Shown piece by piece: positions 15,144 through 29,507 of a stretch of DNA of 64,000 nucleotides (position 1 is the first letter of the stretch; every line of letters begins with the position of its first letter). Below the pieces are notes generated by a model that was not told where the DNA came from, did no database searches, and was given only the letters and a program-made list of their open reading frames with translations. The DNA lies in the NCBI GenBank assembly GCA_964035545.1, contig OZ037765.1:22877504-22941503 (forward strand). The letters run 5' to 3'. The position numbers and the translations under genes were made by a program. The stretch is from Bugula neritina (taxonomy: Eukaryota > Animalia > Bryozoa).

Positions 15144-16149
15144 TTTTTGATGTGTTGAAATTTTTGTACTTTTTCAACTTTGATTATCTGTAGACTGCGG
15201 GTGGATCATTTATTATGGGTGATATGCTGTTAGTTATCGATATTTGCCCACTTTCTGGTAATATTCTTATTTGTGGAAATAAACAATTATGGCTAGTATG
15301 ATTCATTGCATGGTTTTGTCTAGATTTTCTTTGAGTTTAAAAGTTGCACACACCAATTTAGCCTTGTTCAAGCAATCAAATATTCAACAGTCAATTGTGC
15401 ACTAAAATCTCTAGTGAGTTGGTAATGTCTGCTGTTGTATCAAAATAGAGTTTGTGGTGTTCATTCAGTTTTTAATGTTATAAAATATGCTTGAGCCATT
15501 GAAAGCACACTTGTAGCTGCATTAAAATGACATACTGTATATTATGTCGCTTGGAAAAAATCTAAGTTAGCGTTTTAGATGGCTTAAGCAGTAATTGCTT
15601 TCAGGTATGCATTGAAATTATTAAATTTGCTGAGGGATGACTTCCCTGGAAAGTACAAAATTATTTGCTTCGTGATCAAAATGTTAGAGCTAACTTGACC
15701 CGTGACAGTAGCAGAAATGACTGAATTTGCAGAAGCTTTCTATGTTGGGATAGGTTCGAAGACTGAACCCTTTAGTGCACCGTAATGATATTGTGTTACT
15801 AATTCTTTAAGAAGATAACTTCCGTGGTTAGTGATAAAAAATTCATCTATACAAGAAAAGAGAGCTCCCACTTTTCCGGAAATCGCTGATTTTCACGGGT
15901 CCATTTCGTCTAATTCTGCAGATCAAGTTGAAACTCAACCGCCTGTTTTTCACTGTCGACTCAATGACAACTACAATGAGTCAACGAGTATCAATATGAT
16001 TACAGGTTCTAGAAACCTTAGTCAAATCAATAGCCAACCAAGAAATCTAAACTAATCAATTATTCATATCAATTTGAATTGACTCTCAAAATAGGGTTCT
16101 ATAATATTAACTTGACTTTGAGGATAACATTGTCATTTGATTAACTTTA

Positions 16150-16915
16150 AGTAAATAAGTTTAACTAACAGTAACACTAACGTCTAACAGTAAGTGTGAC
16201 TCTAACTTTAAGTGTCTGAGAGTGAGTGACACTATGACTAACTCTAAGTCTAACAGTAATAGTAACTGACTAAGACTAACAGTAAGTGTACTTGTAAGAG
16301 AGTAAAACTTAGGTTTACTCGTTTAGATTTACTCATTACTCATTAGTCATTAGTCATTTAGAATAAGTTGAACTTGATGTTTAAGTTATAACTAGTAAAC
16401 TTATAAGAGTGTCTGAAAGTGAATAAATTTGGAATATCATAATGGTTATGATATTGCTATTTAAAATTAATATCATAATGATAATTATAATCATTATAAT
16501 TAATATTATCATTATTAAAATCATTATAATAATGATTTTAATAGTGATTATGATACTGATAGACTCACACTCATAGTGATAGTCATACTCATACTGATAG
16601 CTGAGTCTGTGATAATCATAATGAGTGTTACTGACTGCCTGACTGTTAGCATTACTATTAGTATTAGTATAAGCAATGCTAATTACTATGTTACTTGAAG
16701 TTAAACTATCAGTATCAGGCTCAATAGTCGTAGACGTAGTCACTGTCAATGTGAGTATGATTAGATTTACTTTTAGTATCAACTATGGGCATGTCTATCA
16801 AGTATGAATATCAGTATCACTATCAGTAAGACCTATTCACATTGTGGTTGAGTTTGATTGATAGTATGACTATGAGTATAAGACTGAGAGTGAGTATCAG
16901 TACGAATATGGCTAC
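16150..16915. repeat. Degenerate period-6 tract upstream of the first Nup107 coding exon
   Basis: agtgtg actcta acttta agtgtc..., actcac actcat agtgat agtcat actcat actgat..., agtatg actatg agtata. Confidence 0.8.
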
Positions 16916-17226
16916 CGCTATGTTATTTAGTGATCCATTCTTATTCATAATAATTTACTAAGTAAATAATTTACAATTAGTAAAGCTATATAGTAAATAC
17001 AATTGTAGTGCCATAGCGATATAATGCTTAACATAATATTAAAGGCCTAACTTTTTGTAATTATAATGTGTAATATTATAAGTCTGCAAAGCCTGCTTGA
17101 AATAAAATTTAAAAAAAATTTTAAGCAGTATTTTATTCAGCAATTTAGAACAAAAGCTTATATACTGTCATGGTTGTTTAGAATTTAATTGAATACTATT
17201 TCACTTATGTTTTAGAATATTTTGCA

Positions 17227-20200
17227 ATGGAGAAAGAAAGGCAGAAAATCACTAAAGTTAATTTAGACCGATGTATCCTTTGCACTATACTTTATAGTTT
17301 CTACGCCTAAACAATGCAACTTTCGTTTTTCTCAGTCCACTTTCATTTAAGTTTTACGGAATGTGAAAAAGTTCTTATTCATGAATATTAAAATTATACC
17401 TTCTCTGAAAGATGTGATGAGTTTAAATTAATTTTATGACATCACTAAAGCTTGTTGAAATCATATTGGTACATGCTAAAATTATTTTCTAGTATTAGCA
17501 ATATATGGCCAGCTTAATATTACCATTTCAAAAAGGTTATGTGTCGGCAAGGCAGAAAAGTAAACTATGTTGCTCAGTTTAAAGCTTTTATCTAAGAGGT
17601 AGGTGCAGTAATGGAGAAATTGAGAAAAGCCTGTGTTCTAGATTATAAAGGTAGCAAAAGAAGTTATGTTCTTGCAAGAATTTCAACCAAGTGTGCTAAT
17701 TATTTCTACTTTTAGATTGGTACTTTTTAGCGACAAATCTTAATTTTTAATATTTAAATTTTGATTGCTCATAGCTATTAATAATCACAGTTTTCGAATT
17801 TTTAAATCAAGGGACTCCAATACTAATTATTTGAATGTATTGATTATATTTTCCTCAACAATTAGTATAGCTCTCAAGCTTCTGCACACTGCTACTGGAA
17901 GTACACCAAGTGAGTGTAATAAATATGCATTCTAATTCTGAAAAATGAATAAAACATATCCTATTTATTTTAATGTTTTACTGCTATTTCGTAAGTTTTG
18001 AACTTCTTGCTTTAGGATTATATAATTCCCCACTGCATTCTACGGCAGCTACACCTACTCTATTTAGAGGAGATGAGCTGAGCTTTCTACCTACTCCAAC
18101 TAGAAAAAGAAACTCGTCCCTGATGGTAACTGTCACAGTTGATTTCTTACTTTGATATATACCTTCTCATCAGTGTCTTAAAGAATTCCTGACACCTTTA
18201 TTTATGCAGTATTAAAATACTCATATATATCTTGGCCTTTATCTACAAGCTTTTTTGGGATTGCATGCTCAAAAAATTTTGTTTTATAACAATTTTTTGC
18301 AAGCAAATCTTAGATTATTTGGAATTTTTGATCGCTTGCTAATGACGTTTCCAGTCGGCTTTCAAGTTCCTGGTATTATAAAACGTATACTAATTATTGC
18401 TAACTAGCTAAGCTAGCTTGAAAGTTCAAAGTTTAAACTGTGTCGTGAAGGTTTAAACTTTGAACTTTCAAGCCATCTGTGTGCTATTGAGCTGTGTGTT
18501 GCAGCAGCTAAAGATAGCATTCGATGAAAGTTAACAATAATTACTATTAGTATTTTAAAAAAGTTTAGAATCTAATAAAGTAAAGGAATTGGGATTATGT
18601 TTTTTTGTGTTCTTGCATGGGCGCTGCATTATCTTTTTTTATCGATGCTTGTAACCACTAACAAAACTGCCATGCAAGTATTTGTATATAGTTTGTACAT
18701 GCAGTAAGGAATTTCACACATTTAAATAGGATTTCAATTGCTATGGAACCTATTTGTTTTACTAAAACTGCTGAGATTAAAACCAGTGATATCAAATCAG
18801 TAATATTTTGGCCAATTGAACTTTTTAAACTGCCATGCTTGCTTTTTTGATAATCAAGTTAGTGCAAAACCCAACAGTATTTAATCTAAAGTTGTTTAGT
18901 TTAATCACAATACTACTTGATTGTAGTATTAAATACTACAATCAAGTAGTATTTAATAAACCTTTTATTCTACTAACATGCAATAGTCTCAGTCTTTCTC
19001 ACATGCACTCTCTAGAACTCATTTAGAGTTGCTATGTATTTTAAAGCAGCCATTTTGCCATCGCACCATTTATTCAGGGGAGAGTCATGAGTCTATTATA
19101 TTCTAGCCCAGTGAAATGGATCACACACTGAGTCTACTAGGAGGCAAGCAGATTGACCTGTCGACCAGTTATATTTCATCACCAAATCTGGACGTGGACA
19201 CAACTAATGTAACGCTACTTATGGAGGAACAGAATGCTGTTCTAGGTCTGTATTGTGCACGTGGAGGTTATTGTTGCTGGGATGAATTGGTAACCTACCA
19301 ATTAGTATGTTGTTCCTATCTACAACTGCCAGTTGATTGCTTCATTCAACAGCCCATGCTTCAAGCTCGTTCATGAGCATCTATCGCCTGCTTTTGTTTA
19401 TTTTAATGGAATTATTTCACTACCACTTTATTTGCTGTTAAAACGTTGATAAGTTTTTTCTCCTCTCATTATATTTTTAATTTTTACATAGAAAGTGCAG
19501 GCATATGTGAAGAGTTTGGTAGAATATTTTTGGACTGCTCAACTCCGAATCAGGTGTTTGACATGCTCGCATCATACAGGGAAGTGTTGGCTCAGAAGAC
19601 TCAACTCTCCAAGTCGTTGCTTCAAAGTACATCTCGTAGAAAGTATGTGGACGCCTTTTCTAGTTATTCTGATATGACATTATCTGCTAATGGCTGAAAG
19701 TTCTGTGATTTTATTTCATCTGAACTTTCGAAACAGGAAATGTTCAAGTTTAAAACTTACTTAAACCAGCAATTATTTGTTAATAATATTGCAGCTCATA
19801 CTGAATAATTTCTATTTGGCAGCACACGGCTCACAGACCTACAGAGTCATCATAACATACTTAGAGATGAGATGTGGACCTGGCAATTGGCCGAATCACT
19901 TCTCAGAGACACAACCAATGCTGAACTGAGAGCTAGTGAAGATGAGTTGATGATTGAAGATAACCCTCACACTGTAAGAAAACCAACATTTGTTTATAAA
20001 GCATTTCTTAACAAAGAAATTTTATTGGATATAAACTTCTTATTGATAAAACATGTCCTGAAGAGCTTCAAAATAGCAATTCTGATTGGATGTCCTTCTC
20101 AACATCCCCATTGACCCCTTGTGAACCTTGGCCCACCGGCCTGGCGCAGCAAGTCATGTGTCACAAGAGCTTCTATTCTTTAAGTCACTACTACTGTCTA

Positions 20201-23200
20201 CTCTTACATTGTAACTTTCTATGTAGCCACCCTGTATTGTATTTATTCTTAATTTCAGTTTGTTCACGCTTTGTCAGCTCTGTAACTTCTGACATGAATA
20301 TATTTACACGTCTTGTAAGGTTAGGATATTTTCCAAATGTGTTTCAATGTAGGACAAATCTTTTTGCCCAAGTCATGTACAACCAAGGATAGGCAATTGC
20401 CAAATTATAAACTTGTAATATAAACATGTGTGGAAAAGCAATTCATATAGACAATATTTGTTCCTGAAACGCTGTACTTTTTGCAGACTGCAGGCAAGAA
20501 AGTTCTTTTATCTTTCCAATTAAAGAAATCAATTACTTGATTGAGATTTGAGTGATGTAAAAATATGCTATGTTCAACTTGTTACCATGTTTAACAATGG
20601 TCTTGGAAACATCAAAGTTACACATATCTATGGTTGAAACTTGTTTTTGTTTGGTTGTCTTGTTGTATACATATGTTGAACAGTATATTCATTATTAAAT
20701 CTGTAGCTTATAACATAGGAATATGTGTTGCCTAAAATGGTTAAACAACAAAATATAATATTCATCCAGGTGACAACAGATCAACAGTTAATGGAACAGT
20801 TTTTCGAAAGCAACGACAAAGTTCGAAAGTGCCAGATTGTGGTAGACTGGTTAGAGACTATCAACAGTGAAGATGTGTTAGAGAACTTCTATAACAAAGT
20901 AGACTTCTATACTGGGAAGATAGGCACAATGTGGTACTGTCTAATGCTTAAATATTAGATTATCAAGTTTTTCTTTTTAGAAATAGAAAAATTGCAAAAA
21001 AAATTTTAATATGTTCCAATATTTCTATTTGCTAACTAAGAGACTAGCTCTTATGTATATTCTATTAAATTGTTTATCATTAAACGCTCTTACAATTGGT
21101 TTTGCTTTCTTAGGGAAAATACTCTACACTTGAAAAAGAACTCTGCACAGAAAGCAAAAAACCTTGTTTCGGAGATGGTAATTTGTTACGATATGTATAA
21201 TTGGTAACTGTTGTCATAATATTGTAAACCTATACGATACCAGTAATCTAGAGGTAGGGTATGTTTATATGTGCTCAGTACTAGTAAATCAGCTTTTATA
21301 ATTTATTTCTACTTGAAAGTTTTTCCTGCTAGTTGACGCTATTTTCATGTTAACCAAGATCATGTTTTACACACTGTAAAAAATGTTTCTGCAATTTAGA
21401 GAAGTGTAAATGTCCAAAAGTTACCATTGAAGCATCATAAGACACTTTTAACTTCCTATATCATGGAAGTATTTTTTCTCGTGCAAATATATTTTAAATT
21501 AATTAAAATCAATAAATCCAAATTTCTAGTTATAGCAAAAAAGAACTAAGTGGTAGACAACTTTCAATAAATAAATAAATATTGTACAAACGAACTTGCT
21601 ATCAATTTATTTTGTCAAATAAAAGCATGCCTTTCCCGCCTTCCTTATAATATTTGCATGTGCAGGATCCCGATGCTCCACTGCGTACAGGAAAGAAGAT
21701 TGATTCTCTGGACCAAGAAGATGATGAGCGACTACTGAAATATATATTCACGCTACTTCGGGCTGGTAAACTGGAAGAGGCACAGAAACTTTGTATTAGG
21801 TAATAGGCTTTTGCTGAATTATTATTTTGTGTTGATAATTATTCTGCCTTAATATTTGGTAATTTGGGCAATGTAAAAGTGCTGTATGTACCTAAAATTT
21901 AATTTTATTTTAACAAATAAATTTCTGATAATACTTTTTATGTAATGGTTTTTAAGAACAAATGGAATATATGTATATTATATAGAATGTACAGTTTTAA
22001 CCACATTACTTCACACTATTTTGCAAGTGTTTTGGCAGTGGTGTGTATGAGAGCCATAGTAAAAAATTGACTTCCTCAATCAGCAACTTAAGATGTTCGT
22101 ATAAACAATGTTTCATGTAGAGTGTAACCTGGTGCTTTGTCATGTTTGAAAGGCCTGTGTTTGTACTATTTAGGTGTGGCCAAGCATGGAGAGCTGCCTC
22201 ACTGGAAGGTTGGCGGTTAGCTCATGACCCCAACTATACCAGCGATAGTCAGGATCACTTACCAATCTCTGGCAACAACTTTAGAGATGTGTGGAAAGCT
22301 GCCTGCTGGTCTCTCACACAGGTAGTTGTCTCCACATGTATTAGCTTATGGAGTTCATGTTAGAACCAGTTTTTTTGTCTCCGTTGGTTTGGGTGGTCTA
22401 ACTTAGGCTCAATGTTGTGGAATACTAGCTGCTTTGTTTTCAGTCTTACAGACATAATGCCTTCTCTCAACTTACAGACATATATAACAATGTGTTTTAG
22501 GAGGCCCTCTCTACTCACGAGAAAGCTATATACGCTTGTTTATCAGGTAATCTAGAGCACCTGCTACCTGTTTGTGACACCTGGTCTGATGGGTTGTGGG
22601 CCCACCTCAAGGTACGTACATGTCGATTCACGTAGTCGCACCAGTAATGAACTACTTAATGTACACTCTGACTCTATGCTGAATCCTTCCACACTTCATT
22701 TATTAAATTTTATCCTCAAACTATCTGAATTAGCTTGTAATTGTCTGCCAGGTGCTGCTTGACGTCGAGCTGGAGCAGCATCTCCGCCTGCACACGTCCT
22801 CCAATGATCATCAAATTGTTGAGCTACCCTCGTCCTATTGGACCGCCACCACAAATCTCACTCAAGTCTTTAAGGATCTGGAGGCTAGCTGCAATGATAA
22901 AATCCGAGAGCAGTCTCAACTATTCTTCCACAAAATTCAGAAGTTTCTCATACTCGACGACTTTGAATGTTAGTACATGTTTTTAACTTCCATTCTGAAA
23001 CATGCATTTGCTATAAATAAGGCTGTTATCACTACTAGATGCTGCCTTGTAAAAATTGTAACCAAGTACTACTGGGTAGGTACTTATTGCTTCTCTGTGA
23101 TTGTTATTTCTTGTACAACCGTAAGTTAATTTAAATTCATGTAAGTTGGAGTTTGGGATTCTATTACATTTCTCAATATGAATACACTGACAATAGCTTT

Positions 23201-26200
23201 AACTATATTCATTTACTTTATGTACACAAGTGCGCAGTTGGTGGGCTGTAGCTGCTTGTATTGACGTTATGTGTTGTAGCCGTTGCCCAGACTATTACCG
23301 ATGCTGTGCAGACTTCCAACCCACCTCCTCATATTCTAAGATTTTCAACTCACCTTTTGTTGTACTTGAGAAACCTGGATAAGCTAGTCTTGGAAGGGGC
23401 GGTATGTGTCAACATTATTACTTTTGAGATACCAACAATTTTTGCCTTTATTTCTTGTATTTTATAACACGATATATTTTTTCATGTTTTTCACCTGTGG
23501 AAGCACTGAAATATGCATGTATGTTAAATTTTAACAGCATATTATGCGCAAAATGAGGCCTTTGTCTTGCTTCGGTGGGATGGGAGTATATAGTATAATA
23601 TAATCTTGAGCTTCTTGCATATATAAATTGAAGATTAATTGAATGAAAAACTCACCAATTGTGCTATCAAACATGCTATGTTACATGATTATAGATGCTA
23701 TATTGGCCAGTTTTGCAAATGAAAGCTTAATATTTTTTTATCTACAAATAAACTCAAATAATTCACAATAAAAAATGGAGTAAATAGTAATTTTAGTGAA
23801 TGAGTTTTCGACTTTAAAATTTCTCTAATGCTTTTTGTCTACTCCTCTTGCTTATCATTTTTTCAACATCTGCTTGCTGCCTCATATTCATAAGGCCCTA
23901 CCTTATAATGAAGTTATATAACTTTAGGGTTCACTCAGATGCTTCTACAGAGTAGTTCATCTACTCTTTTTATATTCCGTGTTAGCCTACACTTGCACAC
24001 ACAATATTACAAGCAATGAGTTCTCCTACTTCTGACAGGTATCTAAAGTTGTGGAGTTATACATCACCTACATTATGCAAACTAAGCAGAGTAATCTAGT
24101 GGCTCCTTACTGTGCCGTGTTACCAACACCCGATCAGCTGACTCTCTATGCAGTATTCATGACTAGTAGGTTATTTATATTTTCGTCAATATACTGGGCA
24201 ATATGCAGCAGTGTTTAAACAACTAGCAGCCAACTTGTAAGATGTGAAATATGTACACCAACTCTCCTTTGGTACTATGTTGTGCATAGCTTTATTCATT
24301 TGTCTGCCATATCGTTCTGTTTTTTTCTTACTTGGCGAATTAGTTGGGGGATAAAACTATTTTGTAGGATTGAGTTTTTTTATTACACTGTAGACTTGGC
24401 TATAGTCCCAGTTAGTCTGCATACAAACTAGTGAACACTTTCTAATAGCTTAAAACTAGAAGTACAGTTTATTACTTTGTTAAATTAAAGTTGGATACAG
24501 TATTTGTGAGAGTTTGGCAGCTCCAAACTTCTACAACTGAATTAACCAAAATCTGTAGTGTATTATTAGGCTGCTCGGTCTTGTTTTAATTAAAAACAAC
24601 ACTCATATGATTTTACAAGATGTTAGGAATTTGTTGAAACATTAAACAAAGTCTATCTGTATGCAGACAATGTTGATGACAAAGAAAGCAAACTGTTGGC
24701 TTACAACAATGGAGTGAAGGCGGGTCTGGATATGAACGTCATTACAAAGTTTGTGGCTGAAGAGTGGTTGAAGAAGACGCAAACTGTTGTTGACTTGAAC
24801 CCTCATATTAGAAATGGTAGCTCATTGTCTGCGGAAAGTGAAAAAGTGGTGCGTTGACAGGTTTTAAAGGCTTCTAATGTTATACATCTTATTTGACGGT
24901 CAAGTATTTTATGTTGTGTGGAGCAGTTGTAAAGAGGACTCCAAGTCATGTCAAATTCTTATAACGATGATGTCATAGAATTAGAATAAAGTATGCTGCA
25001 TAGTATACAGATCTCTGCTGCACAAGTGCACTTTACTGCCAAATATTTGTGATTGAGTAAACTGTAAATGGGATAATTGTTACGTGACTAGTTTAGAAGT
25101 TATCACACATGCAGGAAACTGGTTGGTACTGTTGTAGCTGGATAAGGTGATCGCCAGCTTAGACTGGCTTCTGTTTAATCCTGAGCAGATAATTGATGCC
25201 ATCCGCATTGGCAACTCTCAAATGAGAATCTTACTTGGTAAGTTATCTAAAACACACCCTAGAAGTTTGAATCATCTTTGCATTTTTAATATTCTGTTCT
25301 ATTCAACAAAGGCAGCTGATATCTTTTAGCTCTAAACTCTAGTTGACTTGAAAGAAACCAAACATATACCATGAAAAAATTGTATTAGATATAAACTAGA
25401 GTTTAGACCTGAAAAGTATCAGCTATTCCTTGTTATATTAACTACTAAAATATTGTTGAAACTTTTGAAACCAAGCTTTGAAACTTATTGGGCAAGCCAA
25501 ATTAGATACTGGATCATCATAAAAAACAAAAACTTGCATCTGTGATATTATAAAAGACAACAGTAATGCAACTAATAGCATACAGCTATTCCCCTGAACA
25601 AGTCTATAATTGACTAGACAAGGTAAGCTGTGAAACATTGAAATAGAATAAACAACATTTTTATATTCACATAAAGGGTCTTTCAAATACATTCCTACAT
25701 AACTGAAACAAGCAGGCTTGTTTGGAAATGTTATTCTAATCTAAATCTTCGGAAGACCAACACATTTATTGAACTTGATGCAATCAAAAAACCTATTTAC
25801 ACAAACAGACTATAGTCAACAGGATGAGTCTATGATTGACTAGGCAAAGGTAATCAATATTTTGTGTAAATACTTGCTTTTGCATGAATTTCTGGTTGCA
25901 TCACTTTCAATGAATATGTTTAGTCTTCTAGAGATCTACATTAGAATAACATTCCAAACCAAACCTGCTTGTTTCTTTGTGTAAAAATTTATTTGAAAGG
26001 TTATTTAAGGGAATATCAAGAAATTGTTTATTTCATGTTAAGAGCAGCCATGGTCTAGCACAGTGGTTCCCAACCTGGGGGGAATTCCCCCCTAGGGGGG
26101 AATTTTGACATTTTAGGGGGGGAATTTGGATTTTGAAAAATTTACGTAATTTTTTGACAATTTTTTGACGGTTTTGGGCTCTTGCAAGTTACATGTATAT

Positions 26201-29200
26201 GCATAGCTATAAATCTTCATCTTAGTTCATCTATTTAACCAAACCTTATTCTGCAATCTCAGTTTACTTCTACATGAATGTGTTTATTAATTACTCTACA
26301 ACTAACTTTTCTCTGTGCTACTTTAAATAATGAGGGTTAACAATATGCAAAATTGAACAGGCCAACTTTTAGCAGCCATGCAAGTCAATCTCTATGAACT
26401 GTATACTACATACCTTGTGAATATATTTGATACACTAAATAATCTGAACCTAAATTGCAGGAGTGCAATCATTATATCCTTGCTTTTCATAGCAGCAATG
26501 TCTTTAAAGTTACATTAAAGTGGTGACATTTCTATCAAAATATGGTGTTTTTCCCCACAGTCAATGAACTTTTATAGGAGAAGAACCTGTACCGATTTTA
26601 GGTAAAAATTGCACAGGTAAAAATCGCACACTGGTGTTGAATTTTTCCAAACCCAAATCCCTCATCCTGAACGCCTAATCCCAACTCAAATCTACAATGC
26701 TAATATTTAAAATGTGCCATCTTTACTTAATTTTCCATTTGTGCCACCATTACCTGTACTATTTCCACCTGTGCCATTTTTACCGGACACCACCTGTTCT
26801 AGATAATTTTTAAAATAAACTTCTAGGCATCTCCTTGAACTTTTAATGGAGTTTTAACGGTATTTGTCTGTGCTACCTTCCAAAAAGAAAGAGCTAGATT
26901 CTTAACTTGACATGGGCACCATTGCAACGCTTTGATGAAATTTTTTTAAAGGAGGTACAGGAGGATTTTATTGAGTTGGTTCACAATTCAGCAATGAAGA
27001 GTGATTTGAAATTTTCTCCACTTGATGTATTCTGGGTGGTGTCCTGTAGAGATGGCACAGGTAATAATGGCACTAATAGAAAAGCAGGTAAAAATAGCAC
27101 ATGTTTTCAATATTTGGGTGGGGGTTTGGAGTTTGAAAGAGGGGTTTGAGGTGAGGATTTTGGGTTTGTACTTGGGGTTCTGAAGTTTGGGGATGGGGGG
27201 GGGGTTTAGTTAGAGGTGGGGATTCGGGGTTCAAGAGTTAGGGGCTTGGGTGGAGGGTTTGTGGTTTGAGTTTAGAAAAATTTAACATCAGTGTGCCATT
27301 TTTACCTACTTTTCCATTTGTGTCATTATTACCTGTGACATTTTTATTGCACCAGTTTTATCTAAAATAATTGTGGGTTTCAACAAGCAAACTCTTCCCA
27401 CACATAACTGACAAAGCAGAGTTTTAGTGCCATCCAGTACCACCTATCCGTGTGAGGTAGGATTCTCATCAGTTCAAAGAGAAGAGAAACTGCCTTAACC
27501 TGCAGAGTTATTCAAGATGGGCCTGGTCAAACCCAGAGCCAGGCTCAAAAGCATCGACTGCAGCCATAACATTGATAATTTAATTGCTCTGTGTTTTATA
27601 GCATGAAAACAAAGATGATATTACTATTATGATAAATATATTATATGCAAACATAATAGAACAAAATATCATATATTAACATTCAGTAACTCAAAATCTT
27701 TTTGCTTTTTGAAAGGGGGGGGGGAATTAACAGTTAAAATTTATGAAAGGGGGGAATAGTATGAAATAGGTTGGGAACCACTGGTCTAGCAGTTAGAGCA
27801 TTTGATTGGGTAAACACAGAGTCATGGGTTAGAGCGCCAGTGAAGGGTATTGGTGATGTTAGGAAGAGCATCCAGTCATATTGCTCCTGTGTCTCAGATG
27901 AATGAGTCTTTAGCCCACTTTGAAAACCCTTTCCAACAGGGGTTCTCACAGGAATAGTGACCATAAACTCGCGAGAGTTTATTTTATTTTAACTTTTCAC
28001 AGCTCTGAAGCAACACCAAAAAGTAAGACAAGTGATTTCTACATTGCCCAGTGATTGTGTTAGTAAAGCAATGGCTGGAAAAGCTGACATGGCACTTCTA
28101 GAAGATTCTGATGCTGTGAAAGAGTATATCTGCTTCAATACATACTTGGTTAGTAATTCATAGTATAAATTCGGGCATAGTTTGTCATAGCCATAGGCAT
28201 ATAGCTCTAGGCATATATGCTTTTAATTAGTGATAGTCACCAACTCATAAGATAACTTGATGCTAATGGTTCTAGTAATAGCAAAGACAAAATACATGCA
28301 GAAATGGAAAGTGAACAGTAAATGGTTTACATGTTCAATTGTTGGTTATTGTAAAAAGCTCTGAATATTATGTAGTTGCTATTTACTGAAATACAGCCCT
28401 TATAGGCTTTTCAAAGTGTTCATGGCAGTTGTCTTTCCTTTTTAATGTGGGCCTTGTAACAAGCACAAACTCTCAAAAATAATTATAATTGCATGCATCT
28501 GTCTGTAATATAAGTAAAGCCAAAAGTATACCTACAATATTTACCTGTTGCTACTTACTTTAGGCTGGTCATCAGGCTTTTGATGATTGGTTCAAGCACT
28601 ACCACCAGTTGCCTGTAAAACCAGTTCACGCTAATAATAGAACTTTTGCGGAGAACGTTGCTTTTGAACAAATACTAAACAAGTATGAACGGGATTACAA
28701 ACAATGGGAGAACACATTTAGAGCTTCTACAAATGTAAGTGAACTAATGTTCAATCTCTGGTAGACATCATCTATATTGTGTTGTCGTATCTTGATAAGT
28801 TTGGTTGACACTGTGAAAAGTTATTAGTAAAAGTTGTGACGAACAGCACCTTTCATATGAAGAGTTACAATAAAAGTGAGCACTGTTGCATCTTTGTTGT
28901 ACAGCATACGGTTGAGAAGCTGCAAGCGGTGTTGCTGTTTGCCGGTGGTTGGATGGTAGACATGTCGGACACTGAGCCAACCGACCCCAACATGACAGCC
29001 CGGCGAGAGCAGCTACTAGGGCTCAGACAACTCTGCATTCCTGAAATTGTCTCGCTTCTCCACAAGGTTCTATTTGAGAGTAAACAGTACGGCGAATGCC
29101 AACGACTCTGCGAGACCATACAGTCAGAGGATTACCAGCTTTATAAGGTATCTTCTTTCTATAGTCAGTTAGTCCTCTCAATATAGTTAGTTGTTGTTAT

Positions 29201-29507
29201 CTTGTTCTGTCATTCATTGCTGCTCTTCTGGTCTATTTGAGTTGTCTTCACACGCTTTACTTTACATTAGTGATTGTTACGCCTACATTTTCATTATTAT
29301 AATGTTAATTTATTAGCTTGTTAATGGGAAAAGTATAAAACACACACACAAGTTTCTATTTATAGGACAGGTGATTGCAGAAACAATAAAATGCATGTAG
29401 TTGCTATTGTAAAATTAGAACTTATCGATCTTTTGTAGACTTTTGCTCCTAATGATCTGACGAGAATGTTAACCAGTTTGCAAGAATCGGCAGGAAAAAA
29501 AGAGTGA
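17227..29507 (+). CDS. NUP107: Nuclear pore complex protein Nup107, multi-exon
   Basis: Hallmark motifs across exons: EMWTWQL; [12 protein letters not shown]; WENTLH; VSEMDPDAPLR...LLRAG; [20 protein letters not shown]; [12 protein letters not shown]; [11 protein letters not shown]; [10 protein letters not shown]...[14 protein letters not shown]. The last exon is 29439-29507. The start ATG at 17227 is inferred ([20 protein letters not shown]). Confidence 0.93.
18185..18560. mobile_element. Foldback/MITE-like repeat with a central perfect 23-bp hairpin; related copy at ~55585-55900
   Basis: gcttgaaagttcaaagtttaaac - 12 nt - gtttaaactttgaactttcaagc (18416-18473). The downstream segment 'gctgtgtgttgcagcagc' and the reverse complement of 18300-18385 both recur at 55585-55780. 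Confidence 0.65.
25635..26037. mobile_element. Degenerate palindromic (foldback) MITE in a Nup107 intron
   Basis: Long imperfect inverted arms, e.g. gaaacaagcaggcttgtttggaaatgttattctaat vs attagaataacattccaaaccaaacctgcttgtttc. Confidence 0.65.
26590..26792. mobile_element. Small non-autonomous element nested in the hAT (C-rich interior)
   Basis: Reiterated subterminal motifs ggtaaaaattgcaca ... tgtgccatttttacc in inverted orientation; it interrupts the transposase remnant. Confidence 0.6.
27036..27353. mobile_element. Second copy of the same small element family, opposite orientation, with a G-rich telomere-like interior
   Basis: tggcacaggtaataatggcac...ggtaaaaatagcaca / gtgtgccatttttacc...; the interior is ggggtttgga/gggtttgagg/gttaggggc repeats. 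Confidence 0.6.
27784..27990 (+). mobile_element. tRNA-derived SINE; its 5' head at 26044-26060 is split off by the hAT insertion
   Basis: Rejoined sequence gcagccatggtctagcagttagagca (A box) ... gggttagagcgcc (B box) ... ggtgatgttaggaagagcatccagtcat. A second copy lies at 55362-55535 on the minus strand. Confidence 0.8.

Larger units (their letters stand above)
26061..27783 (+). mobile_element. Defective hAT (Charlie/Buster-like) DNA transposon
   Basis: 16-bp TIRs CAGTGGTTCCCAACCT / AGGTTGGGAACCACTG. Perfect 8-bp TSD GTCTAGCA (26053-26060 and 27784-27791). Broken transposase remnants: [50 protein letters not shown] (hAT dimerisation motif). Confidence 0.9.

Noticed and set aside
16381-16782. 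133-aa Ile/Thr-rich ORF on the minus strand
   Set aside because: It is a by-product of the period-6 low-complexity tract, with no domain or splice support.
29439-29507. Nup107 C-terminus lacking the terminal DPLGY-type motif
   Set aside because: Minor lineage-specific truncation; the ORF is otherwise intact and an AATAAA follows at ~29537.
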